DNA of 63,454 nt, filler included, from Hausera hauseri (taxonomy: Eukaryota), in NCBI GenBank assembly GCA_046269625.1. It is 11 parts of 11 records of this genome, joined end to end, with 100 filler letters (N's around TTAATTAATTAA, not from the genome) between each part and the next. Parts side by side here need not be neighbours in the genome. Positions count along the whole stretch, not along the records: positions 19,723 to 31,560 come from JBJURY010065550.1; positions 31,661 to 36,156 come from JBJURY010553450.1; positions 36,257 to 41,599 come from JBJURY010274619.1; 8 more parts are not named here. One strand, 5' to 3'. Below the pieces are notes generated by a model that saw nothing but the letters and a program-made list of their open reading frames with translations, was not told where the DNA came from and did no database searches. The position numbers and the translations under genes are program-made. Shown here piece after piece: positions 23,775-37,680 of the stretch; within the stretch, counting starts at the first letter, position 1, and every line of letters begins with the position of its first letter.

Positions 23775-25140
23775 TTACCATTCCCTTAATTCCCATTCCG
23801 AATTTTTAGGACGCTTAAAATAATGATTTTTGGCAACTAATCGAAAAATCGCAATTAACATAATGAGAACAAATGTTGATAGTACTGCAGTGGATACAAT
23901 CGGTAAGACGGTTAATCCTAGCGGTGTTTGATTAGTAACTGGAGTTGTAGTTTCATCGTCTCTATCCGCATATAGGTGCGGCTCCACACGAATTTCATCT
24001 AGGGTACGCAACGTAATTGTTTGGTTTTGCTTATTCTCTGCGTGCACTTGTACTAGGTATTCAGATTGTAATTTTAGTAAATTGCACTCTGTTTGATAAG
24101 TATTTTTAAATAATGTTACAATTTGATTATTATATGTTGTTCGACAACTTATGTGTATATCGTAATTTTGTTTCTTTTCTACAACGAGCACGATTTTATG
24201 TCGGTGCGCCGAATATCTAATAGGTATGCTTTCCAACTCTGCTTTAGGTATGTTGCTCGCTGTAACAATTAGGGTAGTGGGACTAACTTTAGTGGTTGAC
24301 TCTTTGGTCGTGGTTCCCACTGCAATTTTCCATATTCTATTTTCTGGATAGTAGGTTCGTAATTGTATACTTGGTTTATTATGTCGTACCTCGTATAAGT
24401 CAAATTTTATTTTGAACTCATGGTTCACGGGAAGTTTACAACAGGGGTGTTGTACACCTGCGCGAATAGAGCAATATTCTATTTTCGGGGTTGGTCCAAT
24501 TGCTGCTTCGAATGCAATACTAATTTCTCGATGGACAGTCAGCTCTGTCCGGGTGTCTATTTGGATGCATTATTTTTCCTTGTTTACAGAGATTCTTTGC
24601 ATATTCTTGTCTAATAATCTTATACCTGGGTGGTGAATCGTAGCATTTCGTCGGGTTTTATTCCATGATGTCTTTTCCATGCAGGAATAACTAATTGAAA
24701 TTGTGGTTTTGTTTCAATATAAACTTCGGATGAGTCCGGTAAGTACAGACGATAGGTAAGGTTATAAGTATTGCAAAAATATATGTCGAAACACTGAGTA
24801 TAGTCTACACGTTCAAAATTACAATTCTTCGCTTCTTTTCTTGTTACATCATGAAAGACAATTTGAAATCTTCCGAAATCGTGGTGTGATCTCCAAGCCT
24901 TGAATCCAACACATACGGAGTGTGGTGAGAAATAATAATTTAAGGTTTTCTTGTCTTTGGACCTCTTCCGGAGTTAATCCCTTTTTCTCTGCTTTATTCC
25001 TCGCCTTCATTCCACTTTCTCGTATCCCATATATGTCTCCTAGTGTAGATTCTTTAATCCACCATTGGGTTTGTACCCTCGGCACATAAGAAGCAATAAT
25101 TGATAATGCCAAAACTATCTGAACGTACGATATTGGTCTA
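23775..25140 (-). pseudogene. Putative type-I membrane protein continuing from the integrase C-terminus
   Basis: Signal-like YVQIVLALSIIASYVPRVQT in frame after integrase (also in copy A: YIQIVLALSLIASFIPKSKAQ); C-terminal TM LPIVSTAVLSTFVLIMLIAIFRLV with a short basic tail. Confidence 0.6.
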
Positions 25141-25199
25141 GCAATTATTGAGGAAGTTTTTATCTCGCATTGGCGTAGCTTGTAACGTTTATTGGGCCG

Positions 25200-28100
25200 T
25201 ATCTCTGTCTTAACAACTCTTTGTACCGATACGACTTCTTCCTTTCCATTCTTGTTGATGTTTACTGTGGTTGGCGTAACTCTGCTAACTTCATATGGTA
25301 CTCTGCCTGTACGGGTCAATTTCAATGAGGTGCCTTTCCTGGCTACTGGATAATGTACATAAACCCAATTTCCTGGTTCCAAACCATGTGGTTTTGCTTT
25401 CTTATTCTATTGCTTTTTAAACCGCTTTTGATATTCTTGGGATAACGCCTTGGCGATTTTCGAACACTTTTGCAATCGCGTCTGTAGCACTTCTGCAAAA
25501 TTTTGTTTTAAATCCTCGGGATTAACCGTGTTTGGCCTCATTCCTAAATCCGTAGGTAACGCGGCTTCACGTCCATACATCATGAAAAATGGCGTAAATC
25601 CTGTTGCTGAGTGTGTAGTGGTATTAATAGCAAACTGAGTTCCTTCTAAAAATTCGTCCCAATCTTTTTGGTCCTTCGATACTACTGTTTATAATACGCG
25701 TATGACGGTAGCATTCATCTGTTCGACCATTCCGCTACACTGAGGGTGATATGCTGTAGTTGTTAATCGTTCGATTTCGAATATTTTGGTGATCTTCTCG
25801 AATAGTTCACTTGTGAAATTCCTTTCTCGATCTGTGGGTATCTGGTCTTGGGGGCAGTATCGGCAAATAATTCTTCTTACTACGATTTCTGCAAAGGTTT
25901 CTGCCTTTTGACCAATTAATGCTATTAACTCGACAAAATGAGTTAATCGATCAATACAAGATAAGATATACGTATTGTTCTTGTGGGTAGTAGGAAGAGG
26001 TCCTACGATATCCAGAGACATGGCTTGCATGGGTCAATCGGGCACAAAAATTGGTTTTAATTCGGCCATGTAGTTTTTCGTCTTCTTTTGTTTTGTTGCG
26101 CATACTTCGCGGGCATTTACCCAATTCTTTACATCAATATAGATATTGGGCCAAAAGTATTTATTTATTATTCTTTCTAATGTTTTCTTCCACGATATGT
26201 GTCCGGCTAAATATGAATCATGTTTCGATGTTAACACTTTGGTTCGTAAACCCTTTGGAATAACTAGCAATTTTCTTCCTTTCCGTTCGTAATATAAAAT
26301 ATACTCATAGCTCTTGTTATTTAAGACGCGGTACTTATGTCCATGTCTGTGTAAATGTTTCTTTAACTGTCGGCCCATCAGTATGATGTCTTTTTTAGCC
26401 AATTCTATAATCTGCTGATTAACTTTATTTTTTCTTTGTTCTTAGGAGATTTTAATTGCATTATCCAACGATAAGGCGCGTTGGCGATCTACTACTGCTT
26501 CAAGTTGTCTTTTCTTCATTACCGTGATTGCGCTTGATTTAGTCTTTAATCTCGATAATGCATCGGCATCTACATGATTATTTCCTGGTTTATACTGGAA
26601 ATCGATATTGTGTCTCGATATTTCTTCGATCCATCTGTTAAGTCTACATGTCGGGTTATTTTCTTGGCCTTTTAAAGTCGTAACGGCCTTGTGATCATTG
26701 ACAATTATAATTTTCTGCCCGTATACGTAAACGTTGAAGTGTCGAAGTGCTTCTTTTACGGCTAGAGTTTCTAATTCGGTAACAGAATAATTTTTCTCGG
26801 CCTTCTTCAAGGAACGCCCTCCATAAGCAGTTAAGTGTTATAATTCTTCAGCTTATCTTTTCTGTGCTAAATAATATCCAATGCCTTCTTTACTAGAGTC
26901 TATCTTGATTATAAAATGTAAGTTAAAGTCTGGGTATCGTAAAACAGGTTCGCTTGTTAATATCTTCTTCATCTCATCGAAGGCTTTATAATCGACGTCC
27001 GTCCATTTCCATTCAATTCCTTTTCTAAGTAGACGATATAAAAGTGCATTAATTTTTAAATTATATGGCACAGGCTGCGTAATATCCGCGGAGTACTAGC
27101 CAGTGCCTTAACTCTTTCTGATTTTGTGGTTCCATGCAATCTGATATTTTGTCTAATAACGATTTATCTGGTTTCGATCCTCCTTCTCCAACTATATGGC
27201 TAAGGTAGGATAGTGCATTCTGAGCCCATTTACATTTCTTCCGATATAGTTTCAATCCGGCTTGTTCCAAAATCATCAGCGTGTGTTCAATGTCCTTCAA
27301 ATGTTCCTCTTCTGTCCTTGACTCTATCATTACGTCATCAAAATATGCAAAGGCATGATGCAGTCCCATTAACATTTTGTTCATCATTCTTGTAAATATG
27401 GCTGGTCCGGTAGTAATACGAACTGCATGACGTTAAATTCATAAACACCATCGGGTGTTTTGAATGCTGCCTTATAACGGTCTTCGTCCTCAGTCTCTAC
27501 TTGCCGATATCCGGATTGTAAATCCAGACTGGTAAACCATTTTGCTCCTGACAGTCTGTCTAAAGCCTCTTTCACTGACAGTAATGGGAAGGAATATTTC
27601 ATAATAAGATTATTTAAGGCTCTGTAGTCAATACAAAATCGATGTTTGTAGTACCTTTCTTATTAACCATGAGGATTGGTGAATACCAAGACATATAGCT
27701 GGGCCTAATTATATCGGCCTTAAGCATTCGTTCGACTTCCTTCGTTATCTCGGGCCTTATTGAGTGTGGCGGAGGGTACCATTTTGGCATCTTCTGGTCT
27801 TCCAAGTCTATTTTTTCGTTCGAACCAGGCTTTTTCTTGAGTGGAATAGTCAGTTTTAACTCTTTCGCTCTACCGATATCTTCTTCGTTCTTAGCGATAA
27901 TCGATTTATAGCGGCATAATAATTCATAGAATCGACAATAAGGCTCAGATAAAAATTCAGCTTCGACATGAGGTGGGAATTCGGCATACTTATAAGATTT
28001 TTCTTGAATAGTTATTGGCGATACTCTATAGTTATTTCCTAGAGTGGTATAAGCATAAAGCCTGACGGGTGTCTGTGCGTTATTAGCTATTCTGATCGGC

Positions 28101-28400
28101 ACCCGACCGAAGTGTACACTTGTTAGTATATTGCTGAGTATTATATTTGAATCTAATATATCCTTTGGTTTAAAATGTACCGGTTGATCGTCATCTTGCT
28201 ACATTTGGGGGTAAATTACCATTTCTATTCTTGGTGGAATGTCGTTGTCCACAGGTATCTATACTTCTTTAAATTTTCTTTCTTTGGCGTTTTTATACCC
28301 TTATTTAGTCCGATTTTTACCACCTTTCCCGCTTGTAAGTCGATCACTATATCTCTGTATCTATCAAGGCATAAACTTCCCAATCTTCGATAATGATTTT
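25200..28400 (-). pseudogene. Gypsy pol (PR remnant, RT, RNase H, integrase) of copy C
   Basis: ALIDT; LDLQSGY; YFDD; YPDFN..FIIKIDSS; NYSVTELETLA; HDSYLAGH; LDIVGPLP; TTAYHPQCSGMVE. Confidence 0.92.
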
Positions 28401-29079
28401 GGCGAAAAGTCTTCCTTCTGTCACCGTTCCGAAGCAGTTTGATGCATTCTTTGAGCGTTTTGTTGCCGATATCTTATGCCCATTGATTCGGATTTTTGGG
28501 GAGGATACTATGTTCTCTACCAGTTGCCTTAACTCTCCGTTTGGGTATAATTAATTGTTTTCGATGTTTAAATTTTCTGCTTCGTGAGTACTGATTAATG
28601 GTTCTCGATTGTTAGTGTGTAGTTCGGTATTCTGGAAGGTTTTTAACCTTGGATTGTCCCAAACCGTTGATCTATTTTCTATGTTCCGAGGTTCTCTCGA
28701 GGAATATAATATTCTGGGATTGTCGAGGGATTGTTGATAACACATTTTCCGTAGAATTCTGTAACGCTTCGTTCCTTCATAGGGGTCTTCTATATTAATT
28801 GTCCTTTTATGTATTTCCGTCTGGTATGAACTCATTGATCGTTTGTCACAGTCTTCATAGACTGTTCGCTAGGGGTAGCATCGGCAATGGTGCTTTAATT
28901 ACAGAGTACGTCTTATGTCTATTTATTCCTGAAAGTACTTCTTCTCCCTTAGGCTCGTCATCATCTCAATTATTTCTTCGTACATTGGGTTTTGTAAATT
29001 TCCGCTTTTGCAAGAATATAGGTCTTCCTTTTCTCTTACGATTATAATAACCGACATGGCGTTCTACATCCGATTTCCA

Positions 29080-30870
29080 TCTATTTTCTTCGTATGCTTT
29101 TAAGAATTTTCCAAAGGACGTTATGATTGCAGTCAGTATTTTACATGAAAATACAGTCAATGTAAATGTTTCATAGCCGTTTATTACTGCGTAAATGACT
29201 GGTTTAATCATTTGTATCAGAAAATATATCGCTGAGAATCCGGATGAGGTTTGTCCGAAAATCAAAATTCTTCCCCAAATTTTGTAGAGTATTTCTGTTG
29301 TTACTCGCTGATAATGGTTTACGCCAAGTAAAGATTCCCGTTTAGCCAGATACAGTGTATTGTCTACTATTGAGGCCATGGCTCATTTAATTCATGTGTT
29401 AGTTGTCGCGGAAAAGCGAGGAATTGTCTGAAGGCTTCGATTTCCTTAAGCCTGTATATGCTTTTCGCCGAGGTGTTTTGAAATTTATCGTCCGTAATTC
29501 TTTTCGCAAGGTTTGTTTTTGTTAGTTTATTTGGACCGGCGGTAATACATCCATTTGGCAAATTAACCCAGTCTGTTTCACTACGTCTAAACATGGGTTA
29601 ACCTAAACTTGCCTTACAGTCTTTAAGGATGGTTGGCTGGTTTGCATTATCCAATAACACTCTCGTAAACGGTGTAGGTAACCGGGGAGTATTCTGATAA
29701 ATAACTGGGAGTTCTTGAATACAAAGTTTTTCTTCCACGTTGATGGGTACATCTCTCTTTTCGCATTCGTAGGTTAGCAGTACCTCGCCCGTGACCCGAC
29801 CGAAAATTCCCTTTCTCATAGGAATTATTGGAGAAGCCAATTCTGGGTTGGCGTATTTAAGGGCCAGTTTCGTTCTCATAATTTCGGTATCTAATTTACA
29901 GTCATTCGTTATCATTTTGTGATATAATTCCGTTATTCCGACTTGTCCTTTATAATAAAAGTAACCGTCTCTATTTTTCAAATAATCCTCAATTCGGACG
30001 TCCTGGGTTTCTAGTTTGTACGTCTTTGCGTTTATTTTCGTTTCTGCAACGAAAAAGGTCTCGTAGTTAATGGCGAACATCACTACATCACAATAAGAGA
30101 TCATTTCTTTTTTTAATAAATTTCAGTCCGTGCTGATCCGAGATTAATATAGTAGGTGTAAGGTGTTCCGATAAATCCTCACATGTCTTCGAGTTGGTTT
30201 CCGATTTATCCATGTATTGCTTTCCCGTAATCTCATTAAACTTCAGTTCCTTAATTTTAATAAAATTACAACTTCTTCCAGAAGGAGGTTCCGATATTAT
30301 AACAGAACTTTTAAAAGCACAGGTTCCGCTTTGTAAATGACATTTCTGATTCGCAGTGTATAACTTAGTGATACTATGGAACATTACCTTCTATGATCGC
30401 ATCTCTGATTCGTAAAAATCCACGACTACCACATTCGCTTGTAATCCTTTCCCAGTGTTGTATTCCACTCCGTAACTATGTCCGCTATCCATATCTAACC
30501 TTCCGACCACTACCTTTTATGCCCTAATTACCTTTCTTGGTTGCATTTTTAATTGCATATTATCCCACTGTACCCTTCCAGTCTCTTTAGCTTGTTTGCA
30601 ATGTTGGCGTTCTAAATTCATTGGAATTATAGAAGTTGTTTGTTTGATTATTGAGGAATGTCCGTGTATTAGTTCACAATGAAAAATGCTATGAGATCGT
30701 CTCAGCATACATTCCATTCCATTTAACAATATTAGTTTTTGTTGTAGATATAGGAAATAATCTTTCTCTTTTGTTTACAATTTGTACGGTCTGGCATCTT
30801 CGCACACTTCGAGATCCATTAGGGAATATCTCTGCCATAGTTCAAACTTATCGCAGTCGTAGACGGTAAC
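29080..30870 (-). pseudogene. Chuvirus-like glycoprotein of copy C
   Basis: Fragments colinear with 16483-18240 (VTVYDC, GIFGRVTGEVLLTYEC, KIWGRILIFG). Confidence 0.88.
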
Positions 30871-31701
30871 AGCGCTTATGTGATTTATTAGCATCATCAA
30901 GGTGAGTAGGCTGATTAGCCAATTCGATTCATTTTTTCGATAGCCAACATACGCCGTTGTCAAATTACATAACATATCGTCGAGTTTGTTACCGGTACGT
31001 CCGTCTTCTTCCTTGTCAAATAGTCTTGACCACTTTACTTCGCAGGGCAGTCTTCTAGCCGCTTTTGGTGCTAAGCTTACAGCTCTATTGATTTTATTTT
31101 CTCGACTGGGATTTATTTTAATAGCTAAGTATAGTAATACTTTTCTCAATTCCTCGTTGGTGTTTTCTACCATAATCTTTTCAATTACCGATTCAACTGT
31201 TAAATTACTTTTCAATAGTTTAAAACGTGAACTTCTCGTCATTTTAGCTGCATCGAATATTATCTTTTTTTATCATCTAATACATCACCTCAAAGGCTTG
31301 AATAATTTACAATTCGTATTAAATTCTTCATTATCTCGTCTAATTCTTCATTATCTGTGCTAAAAGTCGGAATCGACATTTGTCTTAATTCTCTAATCAA
31401 TTCTCCGTTGTAGTTTACTTTTTCGCGCGTTTTCTTGGGCCTACCTACTAGACGTTTCGTCTTTTGGCTCTGGCGGTTATTTCACTCAGTGGTACTAAAT
31501 TTATATCATATTGTTCCTTATCTTCGTCCGTTTGTAAGTCCTTAAAATACATTGCAATATNNNNNNNNNNNNNNNNNNNNNNNNNNNNNNNNNNNNNNNN
31601 NNNNTTAATTAATTAANNNNNNNNNNNNNNNNNNNNNNNNNNNNNNNNNNNNNNNNNNNNGTTCTTTCATCATCACGTGTCCCGTTTTAAGGGTGGGAGA
31701 A

Positions 31702-32476
31702 TGTTGTGTAATAGAGGTGTAGCAATAATACTGTAGTATTAAATTGCGGAAATAATTAGTCTTTGAGGGTTAATGCAGAAGTGCCGAATAGTCTAGTTTT
31801 TTCTATGACCATTTTGTTGCCAAAAATAGCCAATTTTTCCTAGACCTTTTTCTCTTTCCTTGATACATTTTTACTCATTTTCTTCTACAGATTTTCTCTC
31901 ATGGATACATTTAGCCTAAATATAGCAACTTTTCCTTCGAAGAAAATGTTGCTAAAAATACTTACCCGTGTAATGGCCGCGACTTTTCTCTCCATTTTCT
32001 GCCCTTTTCTCTCATTCCACAATTTGTACCTAAAGTTAGATCAGGTTTAGGTATAAATACCAACCTGAATCTTGACTTAGGACGCACAATAATTTTTCGG
32101 TACAGCGATTTTGATCACGATAAATGCAACCCTTGTTGAACGTCTTGGAGTCTATTATCCTGATTTGTTGAGTGATTGGAATACCCAATCCTTCAAATCT
32201 TGATTTCATATTTTGATGACTGATAAGAAGGTTGATGTAAGTTTAGTTATTATTTGTGTCATTTCAATATATTGAATTACATTTGTTGTTTATTGTTCTA
32301 ACTTAAAAGTCATAACCACAGCCAGCAGAAGGCTGTAGGTAATTAAACAATTTCATCCTTTCCGGGCAAGCATCACTAACATTTACACATAATTAATAAA
32401 TATTGGAAGTAAATCATCGCATTGTAATAAAAATACAATATATAGTTGTATTGGAGTTTTCGAATATCTGACATCA
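31702..32476 (+). repeat. 3' LTR preceded by a PPT (related to the LTR at 55619-56311)
   Basis: CCGTTTTAAGGGTGGGAGAA followed by TGTTG; TATAAATA near 32053; shares ATCACTAACATTTACACATAATT and a terminal AGTTGTATT...GACA(T/A)CA with the 55619-56311 LTR. Confidence 0.75.
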
Positions 32477-33293
32477 TAGTCGGATACAGCACATGTTAGT
32501 TTCTATGTGTGTATGCTTTACATTTTTCGATTTCCACTTGCTTGTATGCTAAAATCAACTTCAAAGGATTTATCGGAAAACCATTATTATTTAGTAAAGC
32601 ACACTTGCACATGTGCGACACATCTGAAAAGTGCTATCTAGATGCATTAAGACATGGAGAATGGGCTTCCGCACTCAAATTTCTCAAGAAATTTATGGGT
32701 GTCTAGATATTCGATACTATTCGGTGAAAACTGAATTTATTCGAGTTGTGCACCGAATTTCGGAAATGTGAGATGGAAGACCTAGTTTACAATGTGGAAC
32801 TTCCTACCTGTTCTCGCTTAAACATTTGTCGAATTTTGCTTCCTTATGGCCTAAGAAACATATGCGGATTCTCCCTCAGTTGAACTTGGAACGCACAATA
32901 TTCAAAAAACTATTCGATCGATTTAAATTCTAAGTGCACAGTGTAGTAGACAATCAAAAACTCGTTTGAAGTGCACTCTCCAAATGTGCTAATCATCAAT
33001 ATTGAAATTATCGGAAAACCGTTTTTATTCCTTTTTGCACACTTGAACATGTGCAACACACTTGCACTGTGCACTGATCGATGAGCCTCGATATGTTCTA
33101 CCAATTAGCACTTTATTCCAATCGATTCTGATCAATACTGCACTATGCAGCGATCAATTGTGAAAAGTGCAAAAGTGCACTTAGAAACGGTTCCAAACGT
33201 AACCGTTGCCTAGCATAATACCAGTCGATAGTGCACCGTGTGCACTGCCGATTAGCACACTTGCAAAATTGATTTATTGATTCGCACACCCCC
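32477..33293. mobile_element. Possible hAT-type DNA transposon end
   Basis: Dense (G/T)TGCAC subterminal-like repeats at 32930-33265, ending in TTCGCACACCCC (reverse complement GGGGTGTGCGAA, hAT-like terminus). Confidence 0.35.
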
Positions 33294-33659
33294 GGGGTGA
33301 GGGAAAATCGCATTTTCCCCTTACTATGAATGACAAATGTCACGCTAAAATTTTGATTGGCGGTAGCTACTTTTATCGTTCAACAAAGGTGAAATTTTTA
33401 CTGAATTTTAAGCCGCACCTCTAATATATATATGTATATATTTCGGAGAAATAGTCGATTCATAGGACAATCAAAGCATATCCATAAAGGATAACTAGGA
33501 AGCATATGAAAGTATTAGTTTATTAGAAGCAATTTTCTCCTACTTGATGTGATTAATTGTTTGAATACATTTTGCATTAATGAAAACAGAATCAGATAAA
33601 CTATACACGGATGGATTGATTAAAACAAAACGAAAAAATTGAAGTCAAAGCAAAAGGAA

Positions 33660-35600
33660 GGGAAATAGTTTATTGTCATATATATATATATATGTATGTA
33701 CAATTACTGATACATCAAATAGTAACAATAATAGTTTTTAATAGTAGAGATGATAGTAGTAATAATAATAATCGTAATCACGTATCAACATCATCATCAT
33801 CATCATAAAAATCCATTGTTCCCTATAACTCAGCAGAAAAATATACACGCCATCAATCATATTTACATATGTTCACAAAACAACAGTTTACTCCTTTGAA
33901 TCGGATACAACTGTTTGAAGGTTCTGGCTTGAATTGTCTCTCGATTTGGTGAAATCAATATCTATATTACTGGCATTTTGATTATTGATATTACTATTGC
34001 CATTGATATTGACGGCACAGTCTTAGTTACACTCTGGAGGGCTTATAAATCTCTTGGGGTTTTGGTACCGTCTTTGTCGGTCGATATTGATTCGAGATTA
34101 AATTTTCGTCCCTTCGTATTGTTCAGAGTTGCCTGTCATTTTGAAAAACCCGTTTCGAGAGTAATTATTGGTCCACTGGTCCTGTTTCAATTGTCTGATT
34201 TGGTCATGCGATAGTCGTTATTTATGATTCAACATGGCTGACGACTGACCGCAGTCGGGATACTGCTGGAAAATGGAACCGCCAACGGCGGCTGCTCCTT
34301 TCATTTCGGCAAGTTTTTTCAAATAAAATGGATTGGCCGGAGAATTGGCTAACGGATTGAAATAGTTTATGGGAGTCGGTTTGTTAATTGTTGGATGGTA
34401 TTTCGATAGAAAGGCTTTCTGATATTGCTGCTGTTGTTTCAACATGTAGAGTTGAAGATCAATGTCATTGACTTGGGTATTGACGTAAGGAGTGATTTCA
34501 TTTTTGATTGATGCCAGATAGGCTGCCAGTTTTTTCGAAGATAGAGACTGTTGGGATCAACGTCTGCTGATTGAACCGGTGGTATCTGAATTGATGGAAA
34601 ATTGGGCATTGCATTATTGTTGGTGTTTTGAGCGAACTGCTGATACCAGAGATAGAACTGAGTAAGAATTTCTGGATTGAAATGACTACTGGATATTATA
34701 TGATTCAAAAGGCGCAACGATTTTTGTTTGTGTTTGATGGTAGTCATCAAAGGTTTTCTAGTTTGCATATCAACATCTGCGTTTTGCGGAAACACTGCTT
34801 GATACGGATTGATAGGTGGTCGTATTGACGGGTTTAGAAATGCAGTTGGAGATTTCGGCTGATGGTTCATATAAATGGTATCATGTTGAGGTTTGACTTG
34901 AGATCTGTAATCCACGTAAGGACTGGAATGTGGCAATAGGTTGCTCGGATAAGCTGTTGGTGGAATGGGTGCGAGGCCAGTCGGTAATTTTTTTGACCGT
35001 ACATCAGATTAGGTAGCTGAGAATTTATCTCCTATGATTTGTTCATTGTTAATTTTCTTTGGGATCGATAAATGAAATATGCTATTTTGACGTGCATATC
35101 GCACCAGTGGCCTTATCTGTTGACGTTGTCAACTGCTTTGAAATTTGCTGACGATGACGATAAAGGCTTACTGAGCGATTCTTTGCTTTGGATGCATACG
35201 CATGATTTGTATGAATCTTAGAATCGGCTGGTGGCAGAACGAGGTTATACGGACATTTTAATGATGCCTGTTTTGGAGTATTATTAGAGTCTGATGTTGG
35301 TTGAATATCGATGTCGTTTGAGTTTGGTTTGCATTCTTTCGTTCTCATGTTGTCGTTAAAGTCATTTGCCTGATTTTCCTGATCGACAGACGGATTGGGC
35401 TTATCAGTCACTTGACTCGAATCAGAAACTGGAGATGTCACCACTGAATTGTTGGCATTTGGCCATGTTGGGTTTTTTACAGTCAGCATTCGACTTTTGT
35501 TTGAGAGACTTTGATTTAAAACCTTTTATCGACTCACGATGCCTCGTCAAAATTTTCGACTGATTGCTATTGATATTATTGTAACTTCTCTCGCTATCTC
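33660..35600 (-). pseudogene. Disrupted, intronless host-gene-like coding sequence with a 3' UTR-like tail (unidentified)
   Basis: Consecutive frameshifted minus-strand ORFs (35082-35489, 34439-34936, 34218-34445), rich in P/Q/N/S; microsatellite-containing tail; AATAAA near 33670. Confidence 0.5.
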
Positions 35601-35706
35601 GAGGCGGAAGATCGGAGCCCGTCTATGGGCCCGACGCGGCGGCGGCGGACGCCCGACCGTGTCCAACCAAATAAGTCAGAGGGCGCCGGCCGCTGCGGGC
35701 ACCACA
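35601..35706 (-). repeat. GC-rich self-complementary module, copy 2
   Basis: Reverse complement reads TGTGGTGCCCGCAGCGGCCGGCGCCC...GGGCCC[13-nt insert]GATCTTCCGCCTC and matches 2354-2446. Confidence 0.85.
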
Positions 35707-37680
35707 GTGACGCTCAAAAAATCTTGAATGGGTTTTATCTAAATCTTCTTTTGATTTGAACCCGAAAGTAAAATCTGGAGTGCGAACGAAATAATATTTT
35801 TTTGGTTCAAACTGTTTAATAATATGCTGAATAATTGCTTTGCAAAAATGCAGTTTATCAAAAAACAACTGAAAACAGATATGATATACAAATTTGTATT
35901 AAAAAAATACAAAAATGCTAAAAGACAAATTAACAACTATCAATTAAAATTAGAACAAGTTGCTCAACTGTTCTGGAAATTTGATCCAGAATCAAATATT
36001 TCCAAATTTTTGTCAAATAAACTGAATGTTTAAAAAGCTTTTGACTTAATTCAGTCCTCTGATAGAGATTTGACTTCTAAACATTTTAGAACTGAAGTTG
36101 ATTTAGTGTGTCAATGCTTTTTTTGTGTGTCGTAAGTGATTTTTAGTGCAGGTTTTNNNNNNNNNNNNNNNNNNNNNNNNNNNNNNNNNNNNNNNNNNNN
36201 TTAATTAATTAANNNNNNNNNNNNNNNNNNNNNNNNNNNNNNNNNNNNNNNNNNNNAGTCATTCGTTATCATCTTTTGATATAGCTCCGCTATTCCAGCT
36301 TGTCCCTTGTAATAGAAATAGTCGTCTCGGTTTTTGAAGTAATCTTCGATCCGCACATCTTGTGTTTTCAAATCATACGTTTTTATATCGATTTCTGTTT
36401 CCGCTACAAAAAATGCTTCGTAGTTAGTGACATACATAACTACATCACAACGTGTTAACCTATCTTTTCTAATAAACTTTAACACGTGCGCGTCTGATAT
36501 CAATATCGTTGGTGTGGGATGTTCTATTACGTCTTCCTTTGATCTGGTATTTGTGTGTAATTTGCCTGAATAACGTTTTCCGGTGGTCTCGTTGAACTTT
36601 AACTCTTTTATTTTGATGAAATTGCATTCTCTGTTGGAGGGTGGGTTCCTTACAACGACTAAACTTCGGAACGTGCAAGCGCCATCTTGAAAGTGACATT
36701 TTTGATTTTCGGTGAATAGTTTGGTAACACTGTGAAACATGGCCTTTAAGGATCTTTATTCGGTTTTGTAGAAATCTACGACTACTATCCCTCCTTCCTT
36801 TCCTTTTCCGGTGTCATATTCTGCTCCGACACAATAACCGGTTTGAATGTTTAATTTTCCTACCGCCACTTTTAGGCTTTAATTATTTCCCTTCTTGTGC
36901 TTCTAACTCAATAGCGTCCCAAACCATTTTGTCGGCTGTCCGGACTACTAAATAATGTTGTCTATCCACATTCATTGGAATTAATGGTGTGGTTGGTTTG
37001 AGTATTGAAGAATGACCGTGCATATTACCACCGTGAAATACGCTGCGGGATTTCCGTATCATGCATTCCGTCGCGTCTATTGCGATTACTTCACGCTGCT
37101 GATATAGTATGTATTTTTTCTGCTGTCTCGTGCTTATGGCGTCTCGCATCTTTGCATGTTTCGAAATCCATCAAGGAATATTTCTGACCCACCTTGAATT
37201 TGTCATAGTCGTATATGGTGACTGCTTCTATCTGTTTTACTAGCATCATTATCGTCAGCAGGTTGATTAACCAATTGGATTCGTTTCCTTTATTCGGGGC
37301 GATATTTCGTACCATGTCATCTAAATTATTGGTCATCTTCATATTATCCTCTTCTTCGAATAATTTAGTCCATTTTATTTCTTTACGTACCCTTCTTGCA
37401 GATTTTCTAGCTAATCCATTTGTCTTGTCGAATTCATTTTCCCGTAGATGGTTAGCTTTTACGGCTAAATATATCAAGACCTTCCTTAATTCTTCCATCG
37501 TATTGTCTATCATGATTCTATCAATTACTATTTCATCAAGGAGGGTGCTTTTAGATAATTTGAATCGCGAAGTCTTCATTGTCCAGGCTATATTATATAT
37601 TAGTCTTTCTTCCTCGGATAATATGTTGCCTTGGAGTCCGGTATAATTGACTATATTAATTAAATCCTTTATTACCTTGA

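Larger units (their letters stand above)
20622..31560 (-). mobile_element. Chuvirus-G Gypsy element copy C, from the AT-hook region through accessory ORFs to the 3' LTR (degenerate)
   Basis: In order: G 30870-29080; internally deleted PR (~28360); RT; RH; IN; membrane ORF; exonuclease-like ORF; RING; PPT; LTR. Confidence 0.9.
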
